Positions 9,877 through 20,075 of a stretch of DNA of 64,000 bases are shown one piece after another (position 1 is the stretch's first letter; every line of letters starts with the position of its first letter). The notes under the pieces were generated by a model that was not told where the DNA came from, made no database searches, and was given only the letters and a program-made list of their open reading frames with translations. The translations under genes and the position numbers were made by a program. Origin of the DNA: an uncultured Pelagibacteraceae bacterium (lineage in GTDB: Bacteria; Pseudomonadota; Alphaproteobacteria; Pelagibacterales; Pelagibacteraceae); assembly GCA_902597515.1 (NCBI GenBank), contig CACJYB010000002.1, positions 5,065 through 69,064 on the forward strand, in the 5' to 3' direction.

Positions 9877-10978
9877 CGTAAATCAACAGGATCTTCAGCA
9901 AGCTTTAAATTATTGCCAAGGCGTTATTGAGAAAAGAAGCACGCTGCCAATTCTTTCAAATATTCTGTTAGATGCAAGTAATTCAAAACTTACTATTACA
10001 GCAACTGATCTAGATTTAATATTTATACACCAGTTAAACAATGTAGAAATACTAGAGGAGGGAAAAACAACTACAACTTCCTCAATAATGTATGATATTA
10101 TCAGAAAGTTTAACTCAGGAAAAAAAATAAATCTTTCTCTAACAGATATTAGTAAATTACAAGTAGAGTCTGAAAAATCCATTTTTAATTTGAATTGTAT
10201 AAGTGCAACAGAGTTTCCACTGACAGATGAAAATTTTAATCAAAATGAATTTATAATTAAATCAAAACAACTTTTAAAATTATTAAATAAATGTAAATTT
10301 TCAGTTTCTAATGACGAAACGAGGCATTACCTAAGTGGAATTTATTTTCATCAGACAGAAGTTGAAGATAAAAATTATTTAACAGCAGTTGCAACTGATA
10401 GTCATAGAATGTCTATTTCAAAAACTAGATTAGAGGAAAAAATTGATTTTGATCCAATAATTTTACCTAAAAAAACAATTTTTCAACTCTGCTCTATATT
10501 AGATAGCTATGATGGAGATGTAAAAGTTTCAAATGTGAAATCAAAAATAAAATTTGAATTAAATAATAGTATTTTAATTTCAAAACTTATTGATGGAAAA
10601 TTTCCTAATTACATTCAAGTTATACCTAAAAATAATCAAAAAAAATTAGAAATAGACTTAAAATTATTTTTAAATTCTGTTGATAGAGTAGCCTCTGTTT
10701 CATTAGATAAAAAAGATGGTGTGAAATTCAATTTATCTAAAGACACTCTAGATCTTTCGGTAAATAATACCAACAGTGGCGATGGTAAAGAAACTTTAAA
10801 TGTTAAGTTTGATCATGACTTAGAGATAAGTTTTAACTCTAGATATTTGATAGACGTTGCTTCACAACTAGATGGAGATAGAGTTGAAATTTTCTTTAAT
10901 GATACTGGTTCACCAGCACTGATAAAAGATCCAGGTGATTTCGATAGTATTTTTGTTGTTATGCCTATGAAGGGCTAA
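9866..10978 (+). CDS. dnaN: DNA polymerase III beta clamp
   Basis: LPILSNIL, ATDL, ATDSHR, GKFPNY, C-terminal VVMPM. Confidence 0.98.
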   Translation: MKFNVNQQDLQQALNYCQGVIEKRSTLPILSNILLDASNSKLTITATDLDLIFIHQLNNVEILEEGKTTTTSSIMYDIIRKFNSGKKINLSLTDISKLQVESEKSIFNLNCISATEFPLTDENFNQNEFIIKSKQLLKLLNKCKFSVSNDETRHYLSGIYFHQTEVEDKNYLTAVATDSHRMSISKTRLEEKIDFDPIILPKKTIFQLCSILDSYDGDVKVSNVKSKIKFELNNSILISKLIDGKFPNYIQVIPKNNQKKLEIDLKLFLNSVDRVASVSLDKKDGVKFNLSKDTLDLSVNNTNSGDGKETLNVKFDHDLEISFNSRYLIDVASQLDGDRVEIFFNDTGSPALIKDPGDFDSIFVVMPMKG

Positions 10979-11685
10979 TTAATTAAATCTAACTCTGAAT
11001 AAATATTTTTTTCAAGAATTTGAATAAAATTTTCCTTTGTTAACCCAGAAGGAATTGGTTTTAGAATAGAGATTGTAATTGTTTTATTAGATTTCTTTTT
11101 ACCTTTTTTAGGCCACACATATCCAGAGTTAATTGCAACTGGCTGGCAAGCAACATTAAGCTCTTCATAAATTCTCGAAGCACCTTTTTTAAAAGGTGGT
11201 CTTTCGTTTGGAAGAACTCTGGTTCCTTGAGGAAAAATAATTAAAGGTCTATTAGAATTAGCTATCATTTTTGAAATATCATCAAAAAAACCCAAGTTAT
11301 CTTTTGTAACTTTGTTTCTTTTTATTGAAATTGATCCTATTTTTTTTAAGTACCAACCAAAAATTGGAATTAACAATAATTCTTTTTTTAGAATAAATAC
11401 AGGTGAGTTAAAGATTGTTTGTAAATAAAAAGTTTCAAACATTGATTGATGAGATGCTGCTATAAAAAATTTTTCATTATTAATAATATTTTCTCTTCCT
11501 TTGATTGAAATTTTTACTGAAAGAACAAACCTTAAACAAAAACTGGCCCAATGGCCCATTAATTTACCTCCTACCAAAACAACTTTTTTTGGTAAAAAAT
11601 ATGATGGTAAAAAAATTATCGAAATAAAGATGATTCCAGTGAAAAACAATATTGAAAATAAAAAGTTTCTTATCATTTTTGTCAA
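10975..11685 (-). CDS. plsC: 1-acyl-sn-glycerol-3-phosphate acyltransferase (PlsC family)
   Basis: SHQSMFE, KKELL.IP.FGW, IFPQGTR. Confidence 0.85.
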   Translation of the reverse strand: MTKMIRNFLFSILFFTGIIFISIIFLPSYFLPKKVVLVGGKLMGHWASFCLRFVLSVKISIKGRENIINNEKFFIAASHQSMFETFYLQTIFNSPVFILKKELLLIPIFGWYLKKIGSISIKRNKVTKDNLGFFDDISKMIANSNRPLIIFPQGTRVLPNERPPFKKGASRIYEELNVACQPVAINSGYVWPKKGKKKSNKTITISILKPIPSGLTKENFIQILEKNIYSELDLIN

Positions 11686-11688
11686 AAG

Positions 11689-12903
11689 CTAAATTATATC
11701 TTTATGCTTTTGTCTTTTTCTTATTACTTTAATTTTTGATCCCTTTATTAATAATTCTATTGGCTTAGGTCTTAAATTATAATTTGAGCTTAGTGACATT
11801 CCATAAGCTCCCACATCACATATTGCTATTAAATCTTTTTCATTCAACACTTGAAATTTTTTTAATGTAACAAATTTATCTGTACTTTCACAAATAGGAC
11901 CTACAAATTCATATGGTTTTTTAGACGTTTTGTTAGATTTTGTAACAGGTAAGGTTTTATGAAACGCACCATACAAAGCAGGTCTCATTAAATCGTTCAT
12001 TGCTGCATCTAAAATTATAAATTTTTTACTTCCGCTATCTTTTATATAGATTATTTTTGACACTAATGTCCCGGTATCGCCAATAATTGACCTACCTGGC
12101 TCAAATATAATTTTAACTTTATGTTTTCTTAAAAATTTAAGAATAGCCGTGTTGTATTTTTTATAATTAAGTTTTTTATTTTTATCAGTGTAAGTAATGC
12201 CCATACCTCCACCTAAATCTATAAATTCAAATTTATGATTTGTTTTATTGAGAATTTGACTGACCGCTTTAAGCATTTTTTCATAAGGTCTATGGTCTAA
12301 AATTTGACTGCCTATATGGACGCTTAGACATTTTAAATCAATATTTTTTGAATTATTGCAATAATTTATAATTTCATAGAATGTATTTTTATTTACACCA
12401 AATTTATTTTCTTTTTTCCCAGTTGATATTTGGCTTAATGTTTTTGCATCAGTATTAGGGTTTAGTCTTACACCAATTTTTATTCTTTTATTTTTTGATT
12501 TTGCTATTCGATTTATTTCTTCTATTTCACTTAAAGACTCTGCGTTAATAAGCAATATTTTTTTATCAATAGCAAAGCTGATTTCACTTGTTGTTTTACC
12601 AACACCAGAAAATACTATTTTGCTTGGATTAATTCCTGCTTTTAGTGCCATCATCAGTTCTCCTACTGAAACAACATCAGCACCTAATCCAAATTTTTTA
12701 ATTTCTCTAATTATATTAACATTGGTGTTGGATTTGACTGCAAAGCAGATAAGTGGTGAAAAGGATCTAAAGCTTTTTTTAAAATTATTAATATTTTCTT
12801 TTAATTTAGAATAAGAATAAGAATAAAATGGAGTTCCAAATTTACTTGCAATTTTTTGGAGACTAATTTTTTCTATTGTTAATCTTCTATTTATGTATTT
12901 CAT
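11689..12903 (-). CDS. lysA: Diaminopimelate decarboxylase
   Basis: FAVKSN, HIGSQI, DLGGG, EPGR, GPICESTD, GAYG. Confidence 0.97.
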   Translation of the reverse strand: MKYINRRLTIEKISLQKIASKFGTPFYSYSYSKLKENINNFKKSFRSFSPLICFAVKSNTNVNIIREIKKFGLGADVVSVGELMMALKAGINPSKIVFSGVGKTTSEISFAIDKKILLINAESLSEIEEINRIAKSKNKRIKIGVRLNPNTDAKTLSQISTGKKENKFGVNKNTFYEIINYCNNSKNIDLKCLSVHIGSQILDHRPYEKMLKAVSQILNKTNHKFEFIDLGGGMGITYTDKNKKLNYKKYNTAILKFLRKHKVKIIFEPGRSIIGDTGTLVSKIIYIKDSGSKKFIILDAAMNDLMRPALYGAFHKTLPVTKSNKTSKKPYEFVGPICESTDKFVTLKKFQVLNEKDLIAICDVGAYGMSLSSNYNLRPKPIELLIKGSKIKVIRKRQKHKDII

Positions 12904-13034
12904 TAAGTTAAGTTAATTGAAACTTTATTTATTTCTGCTTTTTTATCTGGATCTACGTATTTAGGATCACCTTTTTTTCCACAAGAAATAACTACACAAA
13001 ATAACAATATAATTATGGTAAATTTTTTTATCAT
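12903..13034 (-). CDS. Small lipoprotein, LptM/YifL (LppL)-like, 43 aa; not in ORF track
   Basis: MIKKFTIIILLFCVVISCGKKGDPKY...; lipobox plus CGxKG motif; ATG overlaps argH stop, stop overlaps lysA ATG. Confidence 0.8.
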   Translation of the reverse strand: MIKKFTIIILLFCVVISCGKKGDPKYVDPDKKAEINKVSINLT

Positions 13035-14422
13035 TTTACTTTTTTATATTTCATTATCATTTTTTTAATATTATCAAAAGAAGTTCCACCATAAGATTTT
13101 TTTGAATTAATTGAATTTTTTAAGTTAAATACTTTCAATACATCTTCTTTAAGTTTAGGTTCAATTTTTTTTAACTCATCTAAAGTTAATTCATTTAACT
13201 TCTTTTTTCTTTTTTCAGCAAAATTAACTATAGCAGCAGTTTTTTGATATGCTTTTCTAAACGACATTGAGTGATTTTTTACAAGATAGTCAGCCAAATC
13301 AGTTGCTGTAATGTATCCAGAATTAGCAAGTTCTAACATTTTACTCTTATTTGGATTACAATTTTTTAAGACTTCATCAAAAATTTTTAAACAATTATTA
13401 AGATTATCGTTTGATTTAAAAACAATTTCCTTGTCGTCTTGTAAATCTTTAAAATAAGACAATGGTAAACCTTTTAAAATTGTAAGCATCGAAAATAAAT
13501 TTCCATATGCGCTTCCTGATTTTCCACGCAAATATTCTAAAAGATCAGGATTCTTCTTTTGTGGCATTATCGATGATCCAGTAACAACTTTATCAGATAA
13601 ATTGATCAACTTAAAACCATCAGAATTCCAAATAATTAACTCTTCAGCAATTCTAGAAATATGCATAGCACACACAGATGAAGCATATAAAAAATCTAGA
13701 ACAAAATCTCTATCCGAAACTGTATCAATAGAATTATTTGTAGGTAATTTAAAACCAAGTTTTTTAGTTGTATAATTTCTATCTATATTAAATGATGTTC
13801 CTGCTAAAGCTGCAACACCTAGAGGATTTTCATTTAAACTGTTTAAATTATTAGAAAATCTCTTTTTGTCTCTATTAAACATTTCTACATAAGACATTAA
13901 ATAATGTGCAAAAGAGATAGCTTGTGCATTTTTAAGATGTGTAAAACCAGGCATGATAGTCTCAACATTTTTTTCAGCTAACTTGATTGTGCTCTTAATT
14001 ACTTTATTAATATTGCTATTTATTTCGTTGGTCGAATTTTTCATCCAAATTTTAAAATCAGTAATTACTTGATCATTTCTTGATCTTGCAGTGTGAACAT
14101 AGCCAGCTTCTTCACCTATTATTTGAAAAAGTCTTTTTTCGATATTCATATGAATATCTTCATATTTTTTATTAAACTCAAATTTATTTTTTGCGATTTC
14201 CTTATCAATTTTTGTTAGTCCATAAATAATTTTATTTTTTATTTTAAATGAAATTATTTTTTGCTTAAAAAGCATCTCAACATGAGCAATTGATCCTTGA
14301 ATATCTTCTTTATAAAGTCTTTTATCAATATCTATTGAATTACCAACTTTTTGAAACAAACTTGACGCATTTTTTTTTATCCGTGTGTTCCAGATTGCTT
14401 GGTTGTTTTTATTTTTTGCCAT
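13031..14422 (-). CDS. argH: Argininosuccinate lyase
   Basis: HTARSRNDQV, MPGFTHL, GSSIMPQKKNPD. Confidence 0.98.
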   Translation of the reverse strand: MAKNKNNQAIWNTRIKKNASSLFQKVGNSIDIDKRLYKEDIQGSIAHVEMLFKQKIISFKIKNKIIYGLTKIDKEIAKNKFEFNKKYEDIHMNIEKRLFQIIGEEAGYVHTARSRNDQVITDFKIWMKNSTNEINSNINKVIKSTIKLAEKNVETIMPGFTHLKNAQAISFAHYLMSYVEMFNRDKKRFSNNLNSLNENPLGVAALAGTSFNIDRNYTTKKLGFKLPTNNSIDTVSDRDFVLDFLYASSVCAMHISRIAEELIIWNSDGFKLINLSDKVVTGSSIMPQKKNPDLLEYLRGKSGSAYGNLFSMLTILKGLPLSYFKDLQDDKEIVFKSNDNLNNCLKIFDEVLKNCNPNKSKMLELANSGYITATDLADYLVKNHSMSFRKAYQKTAAIVNFAEKRKKKLNELTLDELKKIEPKLKEDVLKVFNLKNSINSKKSYGGTSFDNIKKMIMKYKKVK

Positions 14423-14446
14423 GATATTTAATTATACCTATTTAAC

Positions 14447-14956
14447 ATGAGATTTTTAATAATATTTATTTTTTTGATAACAAATGTTGTAGCTGAAGAA
14501 CTACCTGGTATTAAAAATATTGTAATCCATAAAATACCAAAAACACATGATAATGTTATTTTTTTAGACAAAAATGATCAAAAAATTAATATCAATCAAT
14601 ATACTGGGAACTTATTGATATTAAATTTTTGGGCGACTTGGTGTGAACCTTGTAAAGAAGAAATGCCATCTTTAGATAAACTCCAAGTCAACCCAGAGTT
14701 GGATAAAATAAAAATTTTCGCAATTAATATTGGGAAAGAAACTTTAGGTAAAGTTAATAAATTTTTTATAGATCTCAACATTAAAAATTTTGAACCTTAT
14801 TTTGATCCACCTACTACATTAGCAAAAATGTTTTCTTTAAGAGGTGTCCCTACAACAATTTTAATTAATAAAGAGGGCCAAGAATTTGCTAGAGTAATAG
14901 GTTCAATTGATTTTGAAGATAAAAATTTTATTAATTGGATAAAAAAATATAACTAA
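14447..14956 (+). CDS. TlpA-family thiol:disulfide oxidoreductase
   Basis: LNFWATWCEPCKEEMP, GVPTT; N-terminal signal/anchor. Confidence 0.9.
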   Translation: MRFLIIFIFLITNVVAEELPGIKNIVIHKIPKTHDNVIFLDKNDQKININQYTGNLLILNFWATWCEPCKEEMPSLDKLQVNPELDKIKIFAINIGKETLGKVNKFFIDLNIKNFEPYFDPPTTLAKMFSLRGVPTTILINKEGQEFARVIGSIDFEDKNFINWIKKYN

Positions 14957-15156
14957 TTTTTAAAAAAATAAGCAAAGCCAACTAAAGCAATAATAGCAAT
15001 AAACTGTAAAATAACTCTTAACTGCATTAATTTATTTGAATATTTTTTACTTGTCTCTCCTCCCTTAAAAAGAGTCCCTATACCTAAAATTAAAACTATC
15101 CCTACGGCTATCAAAAGGGCTATTGATAAAACTTTTACTAATATTCCTGAAATCAT
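14953..15156 (-). CDS. HIG1-domain twin-transmembrane small protein
   Basis: Two TM helices with SNKLMQLRVILQ motif. Confidence 0.85.
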   Translation of the reverse strand: MISGILVKVLSIALLIAVGIVLILGIGTLFKGGETSKKYSNKLMQLRVILQFIAIIALVGFAYFFKN

Positions 15157-15205
15157 TTTTTTATTTTAGATTGTGTTTTGACATAAAAAACATAATTTAT
15201 CTACT

Positions 15206-15856
15206 ATGACATTTTGCCTAGATTCCATAATTATTAAACCAGAAAATGGTACTGAAATTAAAAAAGCAATTATTTTGCTTCATGGTTATGGAGGTGATGG
15301 AAAGGATATTAGCATGCTGTCTTTGAACTGGAAAAGATATATGCCCGATACAGTCTTTATCTGTCCTAATGGTCATGAGCCATGCTCTATAAATCCTTCT
15401 GGTTATCAGTGGTTTGATTTAACAAAAGATGATTCTGATTACATATTAGAGCAATCAATTAAGGCTGAAGAAGTTTTAAAAAAATTTATTAATGAAATAA
15501 AACAAGAGTTCAAATTATCAAACAATCAAATCTGTTTATCAGGATTCAGCCAGGGATGTATGATGTCTTTAAATGTTGGTCTTACAGCTGAAGAAAAATT
15601 TTTATGTATAGTTGGTTTTTCTGGAAAGATAATAAATCAAAAGGATTTAAAAAACAGAATCAAAAATAATACTGAAACATTACTTATACATGGCGATGCT
15701 GATCAAATTGTCTCATCAACACATTTACTAGAAGCAAAAGATTTCTTAATTAGAAACAATGTTAAAGTTGATACATTACTAATAAAAAATTGTGATCATC
15801 ATATTCCTATTGAGGCATCAAGTACAGCTTTAAATTTTATTTTAAAAAAAATTTAA
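15206..15856 (+). CDS. Phospholipase/carboxylesterase (alpha/beta hydrolase)
   Basis: LHGYG, GFSQG, HGDAD, C-terminal His. Confidence 0.88.
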   Translation: MTFCLDSIIIKPENGTEIKKAIILLHGYGGDGKDISMLSLNWKRYMPDTVFICPNGHEPCSINPSGYQWFDLTKDDSDYILEQSIKAEEVLKKFINEIKQEFKLSNNQICLSGFSQGCMMSLNVGLTAEEKFLCIVGFSGKIINQKDLKNRIKNNTETLLIHGDADQIVSSTHLLEAKDFLIRNNVKVDTLLIKNCDHHIPIEASSTALNFILKKI

Positions 15857-15868
15857 CATCTCTTATTA

Positions 15869-15897
15869 TTGATAAAATTGTTTAACTAAGTTAAAAT
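15869..15897 (+). promoter_or_regulatory. sigma70-type leaderless promoter of HNH gene with overlapping palindrome
   Basis: TTGATA-17 bp-TAAAAT-6 nt-ATG(15904); TTTAACT-A-AGTTAAA at 15881-15895. Confidence 0.55.
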
Positions 15898-15903
15898 TAG
15901 TTG

Positions 15904-16473
15904 ATGGATAATTTTATTGAACAAAATGTTTCATTAGAAAAGTGCCCTGCGCTAGTACTCAATGCAGACTATAGACCTTTGAGTTACTACCCTTTGTCTT
16001 TATGGTCATGGCAGGATACTGTTAAATCAGTTTTTCTTGATAGAGTTATTATTGTTAGTAATTACGATAGAACTATAAGAAGTCCATCATTTAATATGAA
16101 ATTACCAAGTGTCATCGCATTAAAGGATTATATCGTTCCTCAAAGCAAGCCGAGTTTTACTAGATTTAATGTGTTTTTAAGAGATAAATTTTCCTGTCAA
16201 TATTGTGGAAGTAACGAAGAGTTAACTTTTGATCATCTATTACCTAGATCAAAAGGAGGCGAGACTAATTGGGATAATGTTGTAACAGCTTGTTCTGCAT
16301 GCAATGTGAAAAAGGGAGGAAAACTATTAAAACATTCAGGTATGAAGCTGCATCAGTACCCTTATAGACCATCAACAGAGGATCTACATAAGAATGGTAA
16401 AAATTTTCCACCAAATTTTTTACATAAAAGCTGGATGGATTACTTATATTGGGATGTAGAACTAGAAACTTAA
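15904..16473 (+). CDS. HNH endonuclease (McrA-like, conserved alphaproteobacterial family)
   Basis: LVLNADYRPL, RD.F.CQYCG, TFDHLLPRSKGG, NVVTACSACNVKKG. Confidence 0.9.
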   Translation: MDNFIEQNVSLEKCPALVLNADYRPLSYYPLSLWSWQDTVKSVFLDRVIIVSNYDRTIRSPSFNMKLPSVIALKDYIVPQSKPSFTRFNVFLRDKFSCQYCGSNEELTFDHLLPRSKGGETNWDNVVTACSACNVKKGGKLLKHSGMKLHQYPYRPSTEDLHKNGKNFPPNFLHKSWMDYLYWDVELET

Positions 16474-17003
16474 ATTTTCTCAGAAATATTTATTGCAATT
16501 TTTGATCCAGTTTTAATAATTTTATCTAATATAGAGTATGGACCTTCTTTTGTAGCCCCTTTTTCATAGGCAATATCTTTATGACTTAATTCATCTTCTC
16601 TAAATTTAATTATTTTTTTTTTAAGTTTTGTTTCACTATTATCAAGTTGTTTTATTTGGTTTAAATAATGCTCATCTATCACTTCTTCAACGGAAGCAGT
16701 GCAAAGCATAGCTGCTTTTTTACCAAGTAAAGTTGAACCAAAACCCAACCCTACACCTAATAAATCCCATAAGGGTAAAAATTTTGTCGGTTTTATATTT
16801 CTTTTTTTAATTTCTTCTTCAAAAAAATTAGAGTGTTCTTTTTCATGAACTTTCATTTCTTCAATTGTTTTTTTTAAAGCTTCATCTTTAACTAGTGTGT
16901 TTAGAGCAAGTAATTGTCCCTCATAAATTTTTACAGCACCACGCTCCCCAGCATGATCAACTCTAATAAATTCTTCTATTTTCTTTTTATTTATTGTTGT
17001 CAT
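16470..17003 (-). CDS. coq7: Demethoxyubiquinone hydroxylase (di-iron, Coq7)
   Basis: RVDHAGERGAVKIYEGQ, EKEH, VEEVIDEHY, DELSH. Confidence 0.93.
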   Translation of the reverse strand: MTTINKKKIEEFIRVDHAGERGAVKIYEGQLLALNTLVKDEALKKTIEEMKVHEKEHSNFFEEEIKKRNIKPTKFLPLWDLLGVGLGFGSTLLGKKAAMLCTASVEEVIDEHYLNQIKQLDNSETKLKKKIIKFREDELSHKDIAYEKGATKEGPYSILDKIIKTGSKIAINISEKI

Positions 17004-17472
17004 AGTTTAAATAAGATCTTGTTGTAAAATATACTATTAATATTGATATTATAATATTGTAACTTGTAAGTGATAATCCTAAAATTTTAAATGTAACATC
17101 TTTGCAGCTTACATTCTTTTCTTGTAACTGTCTTAATATATCTTCTTTTGATAGTAAATTAGAGCCATTTTTTAAATCGCAAACCAATGATTCTTCAATA
17201 AAACCTTGCTCAATACCTAAATGATATAAAGATAAAATAGTAGCAGCTAAAAAAATTAAAATAAGAGAAAAAATGAAATATTTTTCAAGTTTTTTAAATT
17301 TATAATTTAATACAATAATTATTAATGCTAATAGGTATGGAATTCTTTCCAATATACACAAGTTACAAGGTTGATGACCTAAAATATATTCAATAAAAAA
17401 TGCTGAAGATAAAGCAATAATACTAATTAAAAAAATTAATTTTAATGTAATTGTTTTGTTAAGCTCAACCAT
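16987..17472 (-). CDS. Disulfide bond formation protein B family
   Basis: PCNLCILER motif, four TM helices, second Cys pair. Confidence 0.85.
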   Translation of the reverse strand: MVELNKTITLKLIFLISIIALSSAFFIEYILGHQPCNLCILERIPYLLALIIIVLNYKFKKLEKYFIFSLILIFLAATILSLYHLGIEQGFIEESLVCDLKNGSNLLSKEDILRQLQEKNVSCKDVTFKILGLSLTSYNIIISILIVYFTTRSYLNYDNNK

Positions 17473-18070
17473 TAAATTTCAAAAATAAATAAATAATAAT
17501 AAATATTATAACTATAATAATTCCAATTATGGTGAACCATTTTGATCCATGTTTTTCCATGTACTCTGTAAATAATTCTCCAAATCTATAAGATAAATAG
17601 GCAACTATAAAAAATCTAAGGCTTCTTGAAATTAAACTAACAATTATAAAAATAGGAAGGTTAAAAGCAATTAAACCACTTGAAATCGTAAAGACTTTAT
17701 AAGGTAATGGAGTAAAGCCAGCTAAAAAAAGAATACTCAGCCATGCGAGGAATCCACTACCTTGAGACATACTTATTTTTAAATTTTCAACTTTATCTTG
17801 ATAACCATAAAATTCGATTAGATACATTGCTAAATCTAAAAATAAATAACCTATCAAATAACCAAAGATTCCTCCAAGAACTGAAAATATTGATGCTATT
17901 AAAAATATTTTCAGATATTCCTTTTTTTTAGCAATAACCATTGGGATTATCATTGCATCTGGAGGTATAGGAAAAAAAGAACTTTCTATAAAAGATACAA
18001 GCCCTAAATAAAAATTTGAACTTTTATGTGCAGCTAATTCTAAACATTTTTTGTAAAGTGTTTGAAACAT
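17465..18070 (-). CDS. YqaA/DedA family membrane protein
   Basis: SFIESSFFPIPPD, GFTPLPYK, SRSLRFF. Confidence 0.88.
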   Translation of the reverse strand: MFQTLYKKCLELAAHKSSNFYLGLVSFIESSFFPIPPDAMIIPMVIAKKKEYLKIFLIASIFSVLGGIFGYLIGYLFLDLAMYLIEFYGYQDKVENLKISMSQGSGFLAWLSILFLAGFTPLPYKVFTISSGLIAFNLPIFIIVSLISRSLRFFIVAYLSYRFGELFTEYMEKHGSKWFTIIGIIIVIIFIIIYLFLKFNG

Positions 18071-18132
18071 TTTTTGGTTTTAATATAAATTTAGTTCTTA
18101 TACTATTTAAATATAATTTAATGGAATACTTA

Positions 18133-18217
18133 GGGCGAATGGCGGAATTGGTAGACGCGCACGACTCAAAATCGTGTTTCGCAAGAAGTGAGAGTTCGAT
18201 TCTCTCTTCGCCCACCA
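18133..18217 (+). tRNA. tRNA-Leu(CAA)
   Basis: GGGCGAA/TTCGCCC acceptor stem, CACGA-CT-CAA-AA-TCGTG anticodon arm, long variable arm, encoded CCA. Confidence 0.97.
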
Positions 18218-18224
18218 ATAAACT

Positions 18225-19955
18225 ATGAATTTAAATAATTTAAATAATTTGATCGAATTATTTGCTAATCAAGCAAATAAACAAAATAAAAGAGATATTT
18301 TTTTAGAATGGCTAAACCCAAGTAATAAAAAAACATACACATGGGAACAAACTGAAAAGAATATTTTAAAATTATCAAAAGTTATTAAAGAAAATATAAA
18401 AGAAGGCGATAGATGTCTTTTAGTTTCGGAGAATAGACCTGAGTGGTTTGTTTCTGATTTAGCTATAATGTTAGCTGGTGGAATTACAGTTCCAGCATAT
18501 ACAACTTATATAGAAGATGATTATAAGTATTTGATAGAAGACTGTGAACCTAGCTTAGTTATTGTTTCAAATAATGAAATGCTAAAAAAATTAAATAATA
18601 TAATTAATGAAAAAGACTTTATTAAAAAAGTAATTACTTTAGATCAAATAGATAAGGTAATAAATAATTTAAATATAATTAATAAAGAAACATATTTAGA
18701 TTATAATTCAATTATAGAAAATAATTTATTAGCAGAAGATAAAATTGAAAATAATAAATTAAAAAGAAGCTCTCCTGCATGTATCATTTATACTTCCGGA
18801 ACCGGAGGAAATCCCAAGGGTGTAATTTTAAGTCACGGTGGAATTTTAAATAATGTTGTTGGATCGTCTGAAATTACAAAACCATTATTTAATTCAAGAC
18901 CAGTATTTTTAACTTGGCTTCCGCTTTCTCATTCTTATGAGCACTGTCTTCAATTTGTACAGATAGCAGTAGGAGCTAGAGTGTTCTATGCTGAAAAAAT
19001 CGAAAAACTTCTAGAGAATATTTCTGAAGCAAAGCCTACAATTATGGCAGCTGTCCCTAGGTTCTACCAAAACCTTTACAATAAAATAAACATGAATTTA
19101 AAAAAACAGACAGGTTTAAAAGCAAAATTAATTGATGCAACAATTCGTTTGGGAAGAAAAAAATTATTAAATCAAAAAATGACTTTTTCTGAAAAATTAC
19201 TTAATTTTGTAGTTGATAGATTAGTTAGAAAAAAAATTAAAAAACAGTTCGGTGGGAATTTGAAAGCTTTCGTTTCAGGTGGTGGTGCTTTAGATAAAGA
19301 AATAGGTGAATTTTTAAATGCCATAGGGTTACCGACTCTCCAGGGCTATGGTTTAACAGAAACATCACCAGTGGTAAGTTGCAATCCTATACACAAAATA
19401 AAAGTGGAAACTGTAGGACCTCCATTTAAAGGAAATGAGGTTAAAATTGCTGAAGATGGAGAAATTTTAGTCAAAGGCGAAAATGTAATGCTAGGATATT
19501 GGAACAAAAAAGAAGAAACTGAAAAAGTAATCATAAACGGATGGCTTCATACAGGTGATATTGGAGAGATAGATCCAAATGATGGTTATTTAAAAATTAC
19601 TGATAGAAAAAAAGATATCATAGTAAGTGCTGGCGGAGATAACATTTCACCTGCTAAAATCGAAAATATGATTACAAATGAGCCAGAAATAGATCAATGT
19701 ATGGTTTATGGTGATAAAAAAAATTATTTAGTTGCTTTAATTGTTCCTAATAAAGATTTTTTAAATGAAAAAGAAAAAATAAATAAAGTAATTGAGAAAA
19801 TAAATAAAAAATTAACCTTATTGGAAAAAATAAAAAGAATTCAATTAATAGATGAAAATTTTTCTATTGAAAATGGTTTAATGACACCAACAATGAAAGT
19901 AAAAAGAAAAAAAGTTACAGAAAAATATAAAAATCAGCTAGAAAATCTTTATTAA
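18225..19955 (+). CDS. Long-chain fatty acid--CoA ligase (AMP-dependent synthetase)
   Basis: YTSGTGGNPKG, LPLSHSYE, QGYGLTET, WLHTGDIG. Confidence 0.9.
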   Translation: MNLNNLNNLIELFANQANKQNKRDIFLEWLNPSNKKTYTWEQTEKNILKLSKVIKENIKEGDRCLLVSENRPEWFVSDLAIMLAGGITVPAYTTYIEDDYKYLIEDCEPSLVIVSNNEMLKKLNNIINEKDFIKKVITLDQIDKVINNLNIINKETYLDYNSIIENNLLAEDKIENNKLKRSSPACIIYTSGTGGNPKGVILSHGGILNNVVGSSEITKPLFNSRPVFLTWLPLSHSYEHCLQFVQIAVGARVFYAEKIEKLLENISEAKPTIMAAVPRFYQNLYNKINMNLKKQTGLKAKLIDATIRLGRKKLLNQKMTFSEKLLNFVVDRLVRKKIKKQFGGNLKAFVSGGGALDKEIGEFLNAIGLPTLQGYGLTETSPVVSCNPIHKIKVETVGPPFKGNEVKIAEDGEILVKGENVMLGYWNKKEETEKVIINGWLHTGDIGEIDPNDGYLKITDRKKDIIVSAGGDNISPAKIENMITNEPEIDQCMVYGDKKNYLVALIVPNKDFLNEKEKINKVIEKINKKLTLLEKIKRIQLIDENFSIENGLMTPTMKVKRKKVTEKYKNQLENLY

Positions 19956-20075
19956 ACTATTTAATTAAAATTGTTTATTAACCGCATAAACATTAACTAA
20001 ATTAATAAAAAAAGTTTTATAAAAAAGTAAAAAGTTAAAAATAATTTTTATAAAATTTAACTTTTAATTAAAGAA

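Noticed and set aside
18016-18228. ORFs 18016-18228 (+) and 18024-18218 (-)
   Set aside because: They overlap tRNA-Leu; shadow ORFs
20057-20071. CtrA box TTAA-N7-TTAA just upstream of the mini-gene -35
   Set aside because: Perfect match, but expected by chance in such AT-rich DNA, and presence of ctrA in this lineage cannot be confirmed from the window
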